A DNA stretch of 50,560 nucleotides from a virus (IMGVR_UViG_3300022538_000825:1-50560), one strand, 5' to 3'. Positions 36,170 to 44,507 are shown, numbered from the stretch's first letter. The notes: generated by a model not told the origin, from the letters alone. A program made the numbers and translations.

Positions 36170-36890
36170 TCTTACTAAGAATAAGGTGGCGGTGATAGAA
36201 GAGAAAGGGGGACGACCGAAGAAGGAGGGGAAAGTGGGGAATAAGGTTAAAGCGCATATAAGGTATAAGAATAGAAAAGGGGGATCCATTCCTGGAACTA
36301 CGACCATAACGGGGCTACTTGCTAAGCCCGCTCTCATAAAATGGGCTAATAATCTGGGCTTGCAGGGAATAGATTCCACTAAATACCGTGATAAGATGGC
36401 TGATATTGGAATATTGGCTCACTATCTAATTATGTGCCATTTAAAGGAAATCCCTGAAAAAGTGAAGCTGGAAGCGATGACTGAATATAGCAAGGACGAT
36501 ATTGATAAGGCTGAGAATTGCGTTCTGTCTTATTTTGAATGGGAAAAAGGACATAAGATTGAACCAATAATAGTAGAGACCCCTCTAATATCAGAGTCTT
36601 TTCAATTTGGGGGAACGGTAGATTGCTTCTGTAAACTGGATGGTGAACCTATTTTACTGGATTTCAAGACTGGTAAAGGAATCTGGCCAGAGATGTTCTA
36701 CCAGTTGGGGGCTTATTTTGAGCTTCTGAAGGAGAATGGATATGCAGTCGGGGGGGCTAGGATCCTCCGAATAGGTAGATCAGAAGATGAGGGTTTTGAG
36801 GAAAGAGGAATTGCTGTAGTGGAGTTGGATCACAATTGGGAAATATTCGAGACCCTCAGGAAACTATACAGATTGACAAAGGGAAAATGA
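36156..36890 (+). CDS. PD-(D/E)xK exonuclease
   Basis: IPGTTTI, GILAH, GTVD...LLDFKT, QLGAY. Confidence 0.85.
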   Translation: MLLVDLTKNKVAVIEEKGGRPKKEGKVGNKVKAHIRYKNRKGGSIPGTTTITGLLAKPALIKWANNLGLQGIDSTKYRDKMADIGILAHYLIMCHLKEIPEKVKLEAMTEYSKDDIDKAENCVLSYFEWEKGHKIEPIIVETPLISESFQFGGTVDCFCKLDGEPILLDFKTGKGIWPEMFYQLGAYFELLKENGYAVGGARILRIGRSEDEGFEERGIAVVELDHNWEIFETLRKLYRLTKGK

Positions 36891-36965
36891 AGAAAAAAAA
36901 CTTACCATTGGGTTGGGTCAACGAACAAAGGAGATCCATCCAAAAATTAAAGAAAGGAGGGAACC

Positions 36966-37832
36966 ATGAGCGACAACAGCATAACCATCAAAAAGCTGTT
37001 AGATCTGGATGAGAGCATCTTCACCAAGATGTCCGACATCACTGTGGATGCTGTTATCAAGGAGGCCAAATCTGTATATGAGCGGAAAGTAAAGACAGGC
37101 AAGAGGAAAGGTGAGACTTTCTGGAGCCAGAAGGTGGTGATTGACGACGGGACGGGTAGCATAGTCCTTGATCTCATAACCAATAAGGCCGAGGATGCAG
37201 TCCCCAGGACAGCGGTAGGGAAAAAGATCAGAGTCCAGGATGCCAAAGCCGACATCTACAAGGACGAGCGCAGACTGGCCAGGGGAAAGGTATCATTTAT
37301 GAATGGGCAACGTGCTCCCTCCGGGAGCGTGGAGACCTCAGCAGACGGCTATTACATAATCATTGGACCCAACGGAAAAGTGCTCAGGGCTCCTGCAGTA
37401 GAAGAGAGGGAGCAAAGACTGATTGCTGGGCAGGCCGTGGCCAAAAGCCTGATTGAGGCTGGCCGGAAGTGGAATAAGGCGACCCAGAATGAGTTTGATG
37501 GATGGCTGGGAAAGATATACGGGAGCGAACCCAAAGACGGGTTAGAGTCCAAACCTCAGGAAAAGAAGAAATCGGAGGCCACAAAACAGGATGAATTCGA
37601 CAAGCTGAATGATCCGGACTTCGACCGTAACAAGCTGATCCGACGGCTCAGCAAGCGGTTTGCGGAGCTGTTTGTGAGTAAAAAGACGAAGGGACTCGGT
37701 TTGGAGGAGTGGCTCACTAAGAACTATGAGGTCAAAGCCTTTGCCGAACTCTCGGATGATTACCTGGTGAAGATAGACTCCGTATTCGACGATATGTTTG
37801 AGGAATTGGCGGAGGAGCTGGGTGGAAAATGA
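36966..37832 (+). CDS. OB-fold ssDNA-binding/recombination protein (RPA-like N-terminus)
   Basis: QKVVIDDGTGSIVLDL...VGKKIRVQDA; follows exonuclease; acidic C-terminus. Confidence 0.6.
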   Translation: MSDNSITIKKLLDLDESIFTKMSDITVDAVIKEAKSVYERKVKTGKRKGETFWSQKVVIDDGTGSIVLDLITNKAEDAVPRTAVGKKIRVQDAKADIYKDERRLARGKVSFMNGQRAPSGSVETSADGYYIIIGPNGKVLRAPAVEEREQRLIAGQAVAKSLIEAGRKWNKATQNEFDGWLGKIYGSEPKDGLESKPQEKKKSEATKQDEFDKLNDPDFDRNKLIRRLSKRFAELFVSKKTKGLGLEEWLTKNYEVKAFAELSDDYLVKIDSVFDDMFEELAEELGGK

Positions 37833-37849
37833 TATATACAGCCAGAAAG

Positions 37850-38205
37850 AACGGCCAGATCAGGAGATTCTCGGATGCCGACGGGAAGCCAATACTGCTC
37901 TATTACAGACGTAGGGGCTGGCGGATAGCAGCCGAGCTGGGTAAGCTAAAAGAGAGGCCCCATCCGGGGCTTTAGATGTTTGACAATGTACCCTGTGTGC
38001 TTCCCTGTAAGCACCGAGGCACCTGAGCCATTCAGGGATGGTTTCCACGAAACCCTCAGGCAAGCATCTGTTAAAATTTTAATGCCCCTGAGCAGGCGGG
38101 CAGGCGCTATCACGACAGCACACTATACCGCAACGATAGCAACGCCCCCTGATAATGACACGCTCCAGTCCCAGCAGGTGGGGAATAATCTGGAGGCAGG
38201 GCGAG
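37850..38205 (+). ncRNA. Candidate structured non-coding RNA tract
   Basis: Dense nested inverted repeats in a region without an SD-led ORF (see finding). Confidence 0.45.
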
Positions 38206-38222
38206 CAAGGAAGGAGATAACA

Positions 38223-38393
38223 ATGATAGTCAAAGTAGAAGCAGACGTAATTGCGGAGATTCGGAATGCCTTACAAATTATAACGGGGAATGCGGAGCTA
38301 ATCATATCAATGTACGGTTACTCTGCTAACAAACCAGGCGAAATCAAAAAACAGGTCAAAAAGATTGATAGCCTTTTACCTAGTAAAATTTGA
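38223..38393 (+). CDS. 56-aa stand-alone HisKA(DHp)-like protein lacking the phospho-His
   Basis: IAEIRNALQIITGNAELI; SD AAGGAAGGAG before ATG 38223. Confidence 0.6.
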   Translation: MIVKVEADVIAEIRNALQIITGNAELIISMYGYSANKPGEIKKQVKKIDSLLPSKI

Positions 38394-38506
38394 AGGATAA
38401 TTATAGCCCGCTCTGTGCCTGCGAAGCCCAAAAGTTACCGGAATCACAAAATGGCTGAGTGGTCGGCGGCGGACTCCGGCAGGGCGGGCAAGGAAGGAGG
38501 AAATAG

Positions 38507-38644
38507 ATGAACAACAATCAAGTTACTGAAGCAATCATTGACTGGATTGATAATTATATTTATAACCTCACGCACATAGTCTTATATCCACCTACGGTAA
38601 AGGCGGATTGGGAAGATGCTGAGGTGAGAAAGGAGGAATATTAG
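38507..38644 (+). CDS. 45-aa hypothetical protein (not in track)
   Basis: SD AAGGAGG; MNNNQVTEAIIDWID. Confidence 0.5.
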   Translation: MNNNQVTEAIIDWIDNYIYNLTHIVLYPPTVKADWEDAEVRKEEY

Positions 38645-38660
38645 AAAGGAAGGAGGTTGA

Positions 38661-38900
38661 GTGATGTCAAAAGCATTAAAGGAAGCACAGGAGAAAGCAC
38701 ACAAGCAGTATGTGGAAATGGTTAAGAGTCATATACTAGACTTCCTAGTGGCACATCCAGTTTATAGATTGAGCGAGCTGTGGGAGCAGAGAAGAATATC
38801 CCCCTTGTCAGAGATGAGTTTAATGGAGTTGACAGAGTTTCTTAATAAGCACGGAATGACAATAACAAAGACGACAGATTATATTATTTCTAAAAGATAG
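38661..38900 (+). CDS. Hypothetical protein
   Basis: SD AGGAGGT. Confidence 0.6.
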   Translation: MMSKALKEAQEKAHKQYVEMVKSHILDFLVAHPVYRLSELWEQRRISPLSEMSLMELTEFLNKHGMTITKTTDYIISKR

Positions 38901-39072
38901 GACAGCAGAGAGATGGAGAAGAATATGGCTAAACAGACCTATTCCATCCCGGAATTAAAGGGCATCCTCGGGCAACTTGAGGCATGCGGACTCAAGGAAG
39001 TTAGCCACCTGCAACTCAAGCGGATTTTGAGGGAGCTGGATAACCATAGCGGAGAAAGGATAAGAGAATTAA

Positions 39073-39831
39073 ATGGGTAGAAGAACCTGGATTAAGATAT
39101 ACAGCGAAAAATGGCTGAGAGGATCTATTAGGAAGGAAAAGCCGGAGGTTAGAGGCATCTGGGTAGATATTCTTACACTGGCGGCTGATTCAGCCTACGG
39201 AGATGAGGGGGTGATCAGCCTAGCCCCCGGGTGCGGCTTAACCGATAAACAAATTCATAGTATGCTCAATATTACACCGGAAATGTGGACAAAAATAAAA
39301 AAAAGACTCATAAAAACAGACAGAATTATCGTCAACGGTACTAATGAAATGAGGGTAATAAACTGGAAAAAATATCAGTCAGAATACTCTAGGCAAAGAC
39401 CATACCGTCAGAAGGTTACAACAAAAGTTACAAGCGAAAGTGCGGGCAAAAGTGCGCCCCAAAGTAACAGAGAGAAAGAGAAAGAGAAAGAGAATAATAC
39501 TTCTAGTCCGAAATTGAAATTTACGGACAAGGATATGAAATTAGTTAAAGAGCTAGAGACTTTAATTAAGGAGGTTGATCCTAAGCATAAGTTTGCTGGA
39601 GGGCGGCGCAGGGAGAAATGGGCAAACACCTTCAGGCTTATGCGGAGACAGGATCATCGAACAATAGAGGATATTCGAGTGGTAATGAAATCCGCTTTTA
39701 GTGACTCTTTCTGGTCTACAGTGATCCAAAGTGCTGACGGGTTTAGGGAGCACTACAACCAGCTAAGAGCGAAAATGCTAGGAGGAAAAAGCAATGGCAA
39801 AAAAGCAGAACGATCAGCCCCTTATCATTGA
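39073..39831 (+). CDS. Replication initiator / replisome organizer
   Basis: WIKIY..WL.GS, INWKKYQ, internal iterons, FWS.VIQSA; upstream of helicase. Confidence 0.8.
   Translation: MGRRTWIKIYSEKWLRGSIRKEKPEVRGIWVDILTLAADSAYGDEGVISLAPGCGLTDKQIHSMLNITPEMWTKIKKRLIKTDRIIVNGTNEMRVINWKKYQSEYSRQRPYRQKVTTKVTSESAGKSAPQSNREKEKEKENNTSSPKLKFTDKDMKLVKELETLIKEVDPKHKFAGGRRREKWANTFRLMRRQDHRTIEDIRVVMKSAFSDSFWSTVIQSADGFREHYNQLRAKMLGGKSNGKKAERSAPYH
39412..39494 (+). repeat. Iteron-like 12-bp repeats + GAGAAA tract (probable origin)
   Basis: AAGGTTACA, AAAGTTACA, AAAGTGCGG, AAAGTGCGC, AAAGTAACA at ~12-bp period, then (GAGAAA)n. Confidence 0.6.
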
Positions 39832-41125
39832 TCGTGTTCCCCCTCAGGACCTTGTTGCGGAGCAGTGCGTATTGGGGTGTATTCTTATAAATAATACCCT
39901 TGATAAGATAAGGGCGATCCTGCCGGATCCGGATATGTTCTACTCTGAGACCCACCGGCATATTTATACGGTAATGCTGAAGATGGCTGATGAGCAGGTA
40001 ACTGTGGATATGGTGCTGTTGGGTGGTAGGATGGGTACAGAGTGTGGAGGTAAGGCGTACCTGGCTGAGCTGATTGAGCTAGTACCTACCCCTCTGATTG
40101 CCCAGGACTACGCTAAGGTTGTGAGGGAGAAACACTACCAGCGGCAGTTGATAAGGGCTTACTATAAAGCGGGGGAGGGCGCTTACGGGGAGAAGCCCTT
40201 GGTTGAGATTCTGTCGGAGGGCAGGGAGATCATCGAGGAGACGATAGGGGGAGCCCTGGGGACGCTGGCGAGGGAGAGACAGACCGATTTCTCTGATAGT
40301 ATAAAAGGGACTTACGATGATATAGAGAATAGGATAGGTAAGGAGCTGGAGTTTCCTACCGGCCTTTTGAACCTGGATGAGAAGATCGGGGGATTATGCG
40401 CTCCTAAGCTGATCACGGTGGGAGCGAGGACTTCTATGGGAAAAACGGCTTTTGCCCTGACTGTTTGCCGGTATGGGCTGAAAGAAAGACAAAAGGAGAT
40501 TATCTACGTCTCCCTGGAGATGGGGGCACCTGAGCTGATCAGAAGGCTCTTGACTGGAGAAACCGGGGTAGATCTGTCAAGATTTGCGATAAGGAATTTG
40601 AGCCTGGATAATCTGGAAAAAATCAACGTGGCCTCGAGGGAAATCGCGAACTGGAAGCTGACTATTTTAGACAGTCTGGAGGATATAGCGCAGATCGAGG
40701 CGCTGTCCAGAGAGATCCCCTGCGATCTGATAGTTGTAGATTATATCCAGCTAGTGGCGGCCAGAGAAGAGGAGACTAGGGCTTTGGAGCTGGGGAGGCT
40801 GACTTACGCCCTGAAAAGACTGGCGAAGAAAAGGAATATCCCTATATTGGTTGTCTCACAGTTGAGCCGGAAGGCGGAGGGGAGGCGACCGATTTTGGGA
40901 GACCTCCGGGAGTCCGGGGGGATTGAGGAGAATTCGGATCAGGTCTTACTTCTATATCGGCCTGGTGTGGAGAACCCTAAAGAGGACCCTCAGGATACGA
41001 AACTTTACATAGCTAAGAATAGGGATGGGATGATAGGTAAGGTTGACTTATATTTTAACCTAGAAAAATTGAGATTTTTTGAGGGCATTTCGGATCTCCT
41101 TGAGATAGAGGAGAAGGAGGAATAA
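39794..41125 (+). CDS. dnaB: Replicative DNA helicase
   Basis: GARTSMGKT, SLEM, VDYIQL, SQLSR, DLRESGGIEENSD, IAKNRDG. Confidence 0.95.
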   Translation: MAKKQNDQPLIIDRVPPQDLVAEQCVLGCILINNTLDKIRAILPDPDMFYSETHRHIYTVMLKMADEQVTVDMVLLGGRMGTECGGKAYLAELIELVPTPLIAQDYAKVVREKHYQRQLIRAYYKAGEGAYGEKPLVEILSEGREIIEETIGGALGTLARERQTDFSDSIKGTYDDIENRIGKELEFPTGLLNLDEKIGGLCAPKLITVGARTSMGKTAFALTVCRYGLKERQKEIIYVSLEMGAPELIRRLLTGETGVDLSRFAIRNLSLDNLEKINVASREIANWKLTILDSLEDIAQIEALSREIPCDLIVVDYIQLVAAREEETRALELGRLTYALKRLAKKRNIPILVVSQLSRKAEGRRPILGDLRESGGIEENSDQVLLLYRPGVENPKEDPQDTKLYIAKNRDGMIGKVDLYFNLEKLRFFEGISDLLEIEEKEE

Positions 41126-41476
41126 GTGGCTTGGAAAGTTGTGCCAAGATATGCAGGACTAGGAGCGACACAAAAGACAGTCACAGTGTTTAGAGATAGT
41201 AAGGGTTGGAGGCTATTTTTGCCCAAAAGTATCAGGATCAAATTTGGTGAACCAGAATTCGTAGATCTTTATGCTGATGGCTATAAACTCCAACTGAAGA
41301 TTCCTCAGAAAAAGGAAAGCTATACACGGCACTTGACTAATGGTTCTGTGAGGTTGCCTTTGGTAAAATTGGGTATAAAGATGGAAGGAGGGATAATAAG
41401 GGTTGATGTTTTGCCAGAGATAAAGGAGGATGAGTTAATTATTGATCTCGAGCAATATAAAGAGAAAGATTTCTAA
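41126..41476 (+). CDS. Possible AbrB-like DNA-binding protein
   Basis: RLFLPKSIRIKFG and GSVRLP..LGI, two hairpin-like halves. Confidence 0.45.
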   Translation: MAWKVVPRYAGLGATQKTVTVFRDSKGWRLFLPKSIRIKFGEPEFVDLYADGYKLQLKIPQKKESYTRHLTNGSVRLPLVKLGIKMEGGIIRVDVLPEIKEDELIIDLEQYKEKDF

Positions 41477-41503
41477 GGAAGAAAGAAAAAAGGAGACATT
41501 GGT

Positions 41504-42277
41504 ATGAATAAGACAAAGATTGAGTGGGTGAGGAATAAAGATGGTACTCAGGGATATACCTGGAACCCCGTTACGGGCTGTCTAGGACCGGATGGTACTC
41601 CTGAAAATCCGAAACGGTGTACCTACTGCTACGCTCACAAACTCGCCAAGGGGAGGCTGAAATCCCAATATCTCGGCATCCCTCCCTATCCTGATGATTT
41701 AACTCCTGCTCTTTTTGTCCCTAAGACTAACAAATCTGACCCCTTTGTTCCGCGTTTCTGGAGGCACCGTCTGAGAGAACCGTTCTGGCACAGAAAGCCC
41801 TGCAACATATTTGTCTGCTCAATGGGAGAGCTTTTCAGCGAGTATTATCCGGCTTCCTGGCTGGGAAATATCTTGCACACCTTTTACGGATGTCCTCAAC
41901 ACACATTCTTGATCCTTACAAAGAATCCCCCCCGATATGAAAGGATCTGTCTACCGAAAAATGTATGGCTTGGTGTGAGTATCAATAGACGCGAGGACTG
42001 GCATAGACTCTCAACGATAACGCCTTACGGTGTCTATCGCAGGTTTATCTCTTTTGAGCCTCTCTTAGACTATGTTCAGACTTCTAGCTCTTTGGGTGTT
42101 GAGTGGGTTATTGTCGGGGCTCAGACTAATCCTTATAGACCCCCTAAAAAATACTGGGTAGAGGATATTATCTATGAAGCACATAGACAGAGGATCCCGG
42201 TTTTCTTAAAGGATAATCTTAAGCCTCTTATGGGCAATAATCTAAGACAGGAGTTTCCAGGATGGATAGAAAAATAA
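41504..42277 (+). CDS. DUF5131 / Gp37Gp68 family (radical-SAM-like) protein
   Basis: TKIEW, WNPVTGC...CTYCYA, FVCSMGELF, LTKNP, SFEPL. Confidence 0.9.
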   Translation: MNKTKIEWVRNKDGTQGYTWNPVTGCLGPDGTPENPKRCTYCYAHKLAKGRLKSQYLGIPPYPDDLTPALFVPKTNKSDPFVPRFWRHRLREPFWHRKPCNIFVCSMGELFSEYYPASWLGNILHTFYGCPQHTFLILTKNPPRYERICLPKNVWLGVSINRREDWHRLSTITPYGVYRRFISFEPLLDYVQTSSSLGVEWVIVGAQTNPYRPPKKYWVEDIIYEAHRQRIPVFLKDNLKPLMGNNLRQEFPGWIEK

Positions 42278-42654
42278 AACTCGTGATCCCCCAGATACCA
42301 GAGTCGTACAATGTCATAAAAAACTGGCATTGGACCGGGAAGGATGAGTATAATAGGATTTGGTATTGGCAGGTTAAATCCGTATGGCTATTCTATCTTG
42401 GGGAACATTTGGCGATTCCCCCTTTGCCTTTCAAAAAAGCCAAATTGGATTTCTATATCTATTTCCCTTTCAAACACAGGAGGGATAAGCTGAATTATGC
42501 TTTGGGATTAAAGCCCGTGTTAGACCAGATAGCGGCTGAGGGGATAATTGTCGATGATAACTGGGAGAGAATAGAGGACCAGTATTATTCACGCATAGAT
42601 AAAATCAACCCGAGAACGGAAGTTATGATTGAGGAATTAAATGAGGATCCTTAG
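42262..42654 (+). CDS. RusA-like Holliday junction resolvase
   Basis: PESYN, RRDKLNY..LKPVLD, GIIVDDN, PRTEV. Confidence 0.75.
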   Translation: MDRKIKLVIPQIPESYNVIKNWHWTGKDEYNRIWYWQVKSVWLFYLGEHLAIPPLPFKKAKLDFYIYFPFKHRRDKLNYALGLKPVLDQIAAEGIIVDDNWERIEDQYYSRIDKINPRTEVMIEELNEDP

Positions 42655-43534
42655 AGTATTTCCCAAAAGGACAAGTTTTACCCCCAAAGATGATTTAGTG
42701 GCTATTGGCTATCCAGAGCTGTGGAGACCCGAAGTGGACGAGGTGCATATCTCTTGCCTGTTTACGTGGGATAAGATTTGTTGCGCACAGTTAAAAAGGG
42801 AGTGGTCGGCATATTATCCAGTGGTAAAGATTGGTGGTCCAGCCTATGAATTTGCTGAAAATGGGTTTATACCTAGGAGGTATGTTAGGAAAGGGATCAT
42901 ATTTACCTCAAGGGGATGTAATTTTACCTGTCCTTGGTGCTTGGTTCCTATGATAGAAGGGAAATTTAGAGCATTAAAGATGATCACTCCGGGCAATGTA
43001 ATCCAGGACAACAACATTCTCCTGGCTAACGCAGGCCATTTAGCGAAAGTGTTCTCAATGCTCAAAACCCAGCGGGCAGTACGGTTTCTAGGGGGGCTGG
43101 ATGTTAGGATATTAAAGCACTGGCACATCGAGGAACTGAGAGGTCTCCGGATCAAGGAGCTATGGTTGGCCTTGGACAGTTGGCATATTCAAAGGCAATT
43201 CGAGAAAATAGTTGGGGAGCTGAAAAGGGCAGGTTTTACTCGCCACCAGATAAGATGTTATGTTCTGGCCGGATTCAATGAGCCGATTCAGGAGGCCGAG
43301 GATAGGTTGCGGTTCGCCTATGAGTGCGGGGCTTTGCCCTTCGTGCAGCTATACCAGCCCCCTTTAGCATTTAAAAGAATGGGTAGAATGACTGCAACTA
43401 AACAGGTCTACATAGACGGCAAGCCTTACTTTCTTTGCCGATATGCGACGCAAACCATAGTCTCATCCGGGGCTAAAGTCGTGCCTATCCGGGGAGTAGG
43501 AGTTATTCGGTTTTTTCCCATGGGGTTAAACTGA
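42641..43534 (+). CDS. Radical SAM protein
   Basis: TSRGCNFTCPWC (CxxxCxxC), DNNIL, GGLD, YVLAGF. Confidence 0.88.
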   Translation: MRILRVFPKRTSFTPKDDLVAIGYPELWRPEVDEVHISCLFTWDKICCAQLKREWSAYYPVVKIGGPAYEFAENGFIPRRYVRKGIIFTSRGCNFTCPWCLVPMIEGKFRALKMITPGNVIQDNNILLANAGHLAKVFSMLKTQRAVRFLGGLDVRILKHWHIEELRGLRIKELWLALDSWHIQRQFEKIVGELKRAGFTRHQIRCYVLAGFNEPIQEAEDRLRFAYECGALPFVQLYQPPLAFKRMGRMTATKQVYIDGKPYFLCRYATQTIVSSGAKVVPIRGVGVIRFFPMGLN

Positions 43535-43558
43535 TAAAGCAAATCATCAAATTAAGGA

Positions 43559-43586
43559 TTGACATTTGATTTCTTTTTGCTATTAT
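43559..43586 (+). promoter_or_regulatory. Promoter for tRNA-like RNA
   Basis: TTGACA-N16-TATTAT with TG extension, 6 nt before the acceptor stem. Confidence 0.65.
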
Positions 43587-43592
43587 TACAGT

Positions 43593-43673
43593 GGCTCTGT
43601 GGCGGAAATAACAGACGCGGCCGAGAGAGAATGGCAACCTCTCCACTTGCAGGTGGGAATCCTGCCAGAGCCA
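43593..43673 (+). ncRNA. tRNA-like RNA (Leu-type D arm, aberrant anticodon arm and T loop)
   Basis: Acceptor GGCTCTG/CAGAGCC + A; TG at 8-9; D arm GCG-GAAATAACAGA-CGC; T arm GCAGG-TGGGAAT-CCTGC; no encoded CCA. Confidence 0.7.
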
Positions 43674-43702
43674 CTTGACATTTTAGAGTTTAGGGGATAT
43701 GA

Positions 43703-43792
43703 ATGTTTTGGAAAATTATTAAGATAATTAACGACGGAATTGGGCAAGGCATTCAAGCCTTTTGGAATCGATTTTTAGAGGATTTTAGTTAG
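43703..43792 (+). CDS. 29-aa amphipathic peptide (not in track)
   Basis: MFWKIIKIINDGIGQGIQAFWNRFLEDFS; AGGGGA upstream. Confidence 0.4.
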   Translation: MFWKIIKIINDGIGQGIQAFWNRFLEDFS

Positions 43793-43797
43793 AGGGG

Positions 43798-43825
43798 TTG
43801 ACATTTCAGATTTATTTTGTATAGT
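43798..43825 (+). promoter_or_regulatory. Promoter
   Basis: TTGACA-N16-TATAGT. Confidence 0.65.
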
Positions 43826-43864
43826 GTAATTGATTAACATACGACAAACATAGACTAACAACAA

Positions 43865-43914
43865 GACGAACAGGGAAAATCTTAAAAAGGAGATTTTTTT
43901 CTGTTCGTTTTTTA
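43865..43914 (+). terminator. Intrinsic terminator about 35 nt after the predicted start of promoter 43798
   Basis: GACGAACAGGGAAAATCT pairs with AGATTTTTTTCTGTTCGTT, then T run. Confidence 0.65.
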
Positions 43915-44026
43915 TTAAATAGTTAAGGGCCGCCCCAAGAAAATGCCTGCCACGGCGACTCTCTTGTTTGGGATAGGCAGCCCGTTTTAATTATAGTCAT
44001 TCCGGGAGGATGTCAAGGGGGGAATT

Positions 44027-44182
44027 ATGGATGCAGCAGGTTTTAGGCGGTTTGAGGAGGGGGCTGCTGATTTTGCTCGTCTAAGTAAAAAACTTGTGGA
44101 TGAACTCCAAAAAGTAGGCATACGAAGGAAGGAAGCTGTAATGTTGACGGCTGCCTTTATTTCTACCGTCAAGATGAATTAA
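44027..44182 (+). CDS. 51-aa hypothetical protein (not in track)
   Basis: AAGGGGGG before ATG; MDAAGFRRFEEG. Confidence 0.5.
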   Translation: MDAAGFRRFEEGAADFARLSKKLVDELQKVGIRRKEAVMLTAAFISTVKMN

Positions 44183-44228
44183 AGGCTGAAAATTAGCGGG
44201 TAGGACGCAATCCAAGGGGGGCTAACTG

Positions 44229-44507
44229 ATGCCCAATAAGAAGCGCTCCAAGCACCACGCTATTGCTAATGCACAGAAAAGAACTAAACGCAATAAGCAA
44301 AAATACTATAATCGACATATCCTTCCAATGGTCCTGGCTAAACAGGTGCGAAAGGAAGATAAGAGGAGAAGGAAGGCCCTCTCTGACAGGCTCAAGAAAG
44401 ACCTGAAGAAGATAGAAATTATCTCTAAGACGGGTCTGAAAGTCGTCAAAAAGACAGGAGTTGCTGTTAAGAAAGGTGGCAAAGCTCAAAAGAAGGAGGG
44501 ACAATGA
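44229..44507 (+). CDS. Highly basic hypothetical protein
   Basis: Lys/Arg-rich 92 aa, coupled to HNH gene. Confidence 0.55.
   Translation: MPNKKRSKHHAIANAQKRTKRNKQKYYNRHILPMVLAKQVRKEDKRRRKALSDRLKKDLKKIEIISKTGLKVVKKTGVAVKKGGKAQKKEGQ

Noticed and set aside
36156-36890. Cas4 of a CRISPR system
   Set aside because: No four-Cys cluster pattern; context beside an SSB fits a recombination exonuclease
37860-38070. tmRNA, HEARO/omega RNA or hammerhead ribozyme
   Set aside because: No tRNA-like ends or tag ORF, no adjacent IscB/TnpB, no CUGAUGA core
37980-38222. N-terminal part of the listed 137-aa ORF
   Set aside because: No SD at its start, runs through dense hairpins; strong SD at ATG 38223
43593-43673. 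Canonical decoding tRNA
   Set aside because: No TTC T-loop, no D-loop GG, no 5-bp/7-nt anticodon arm
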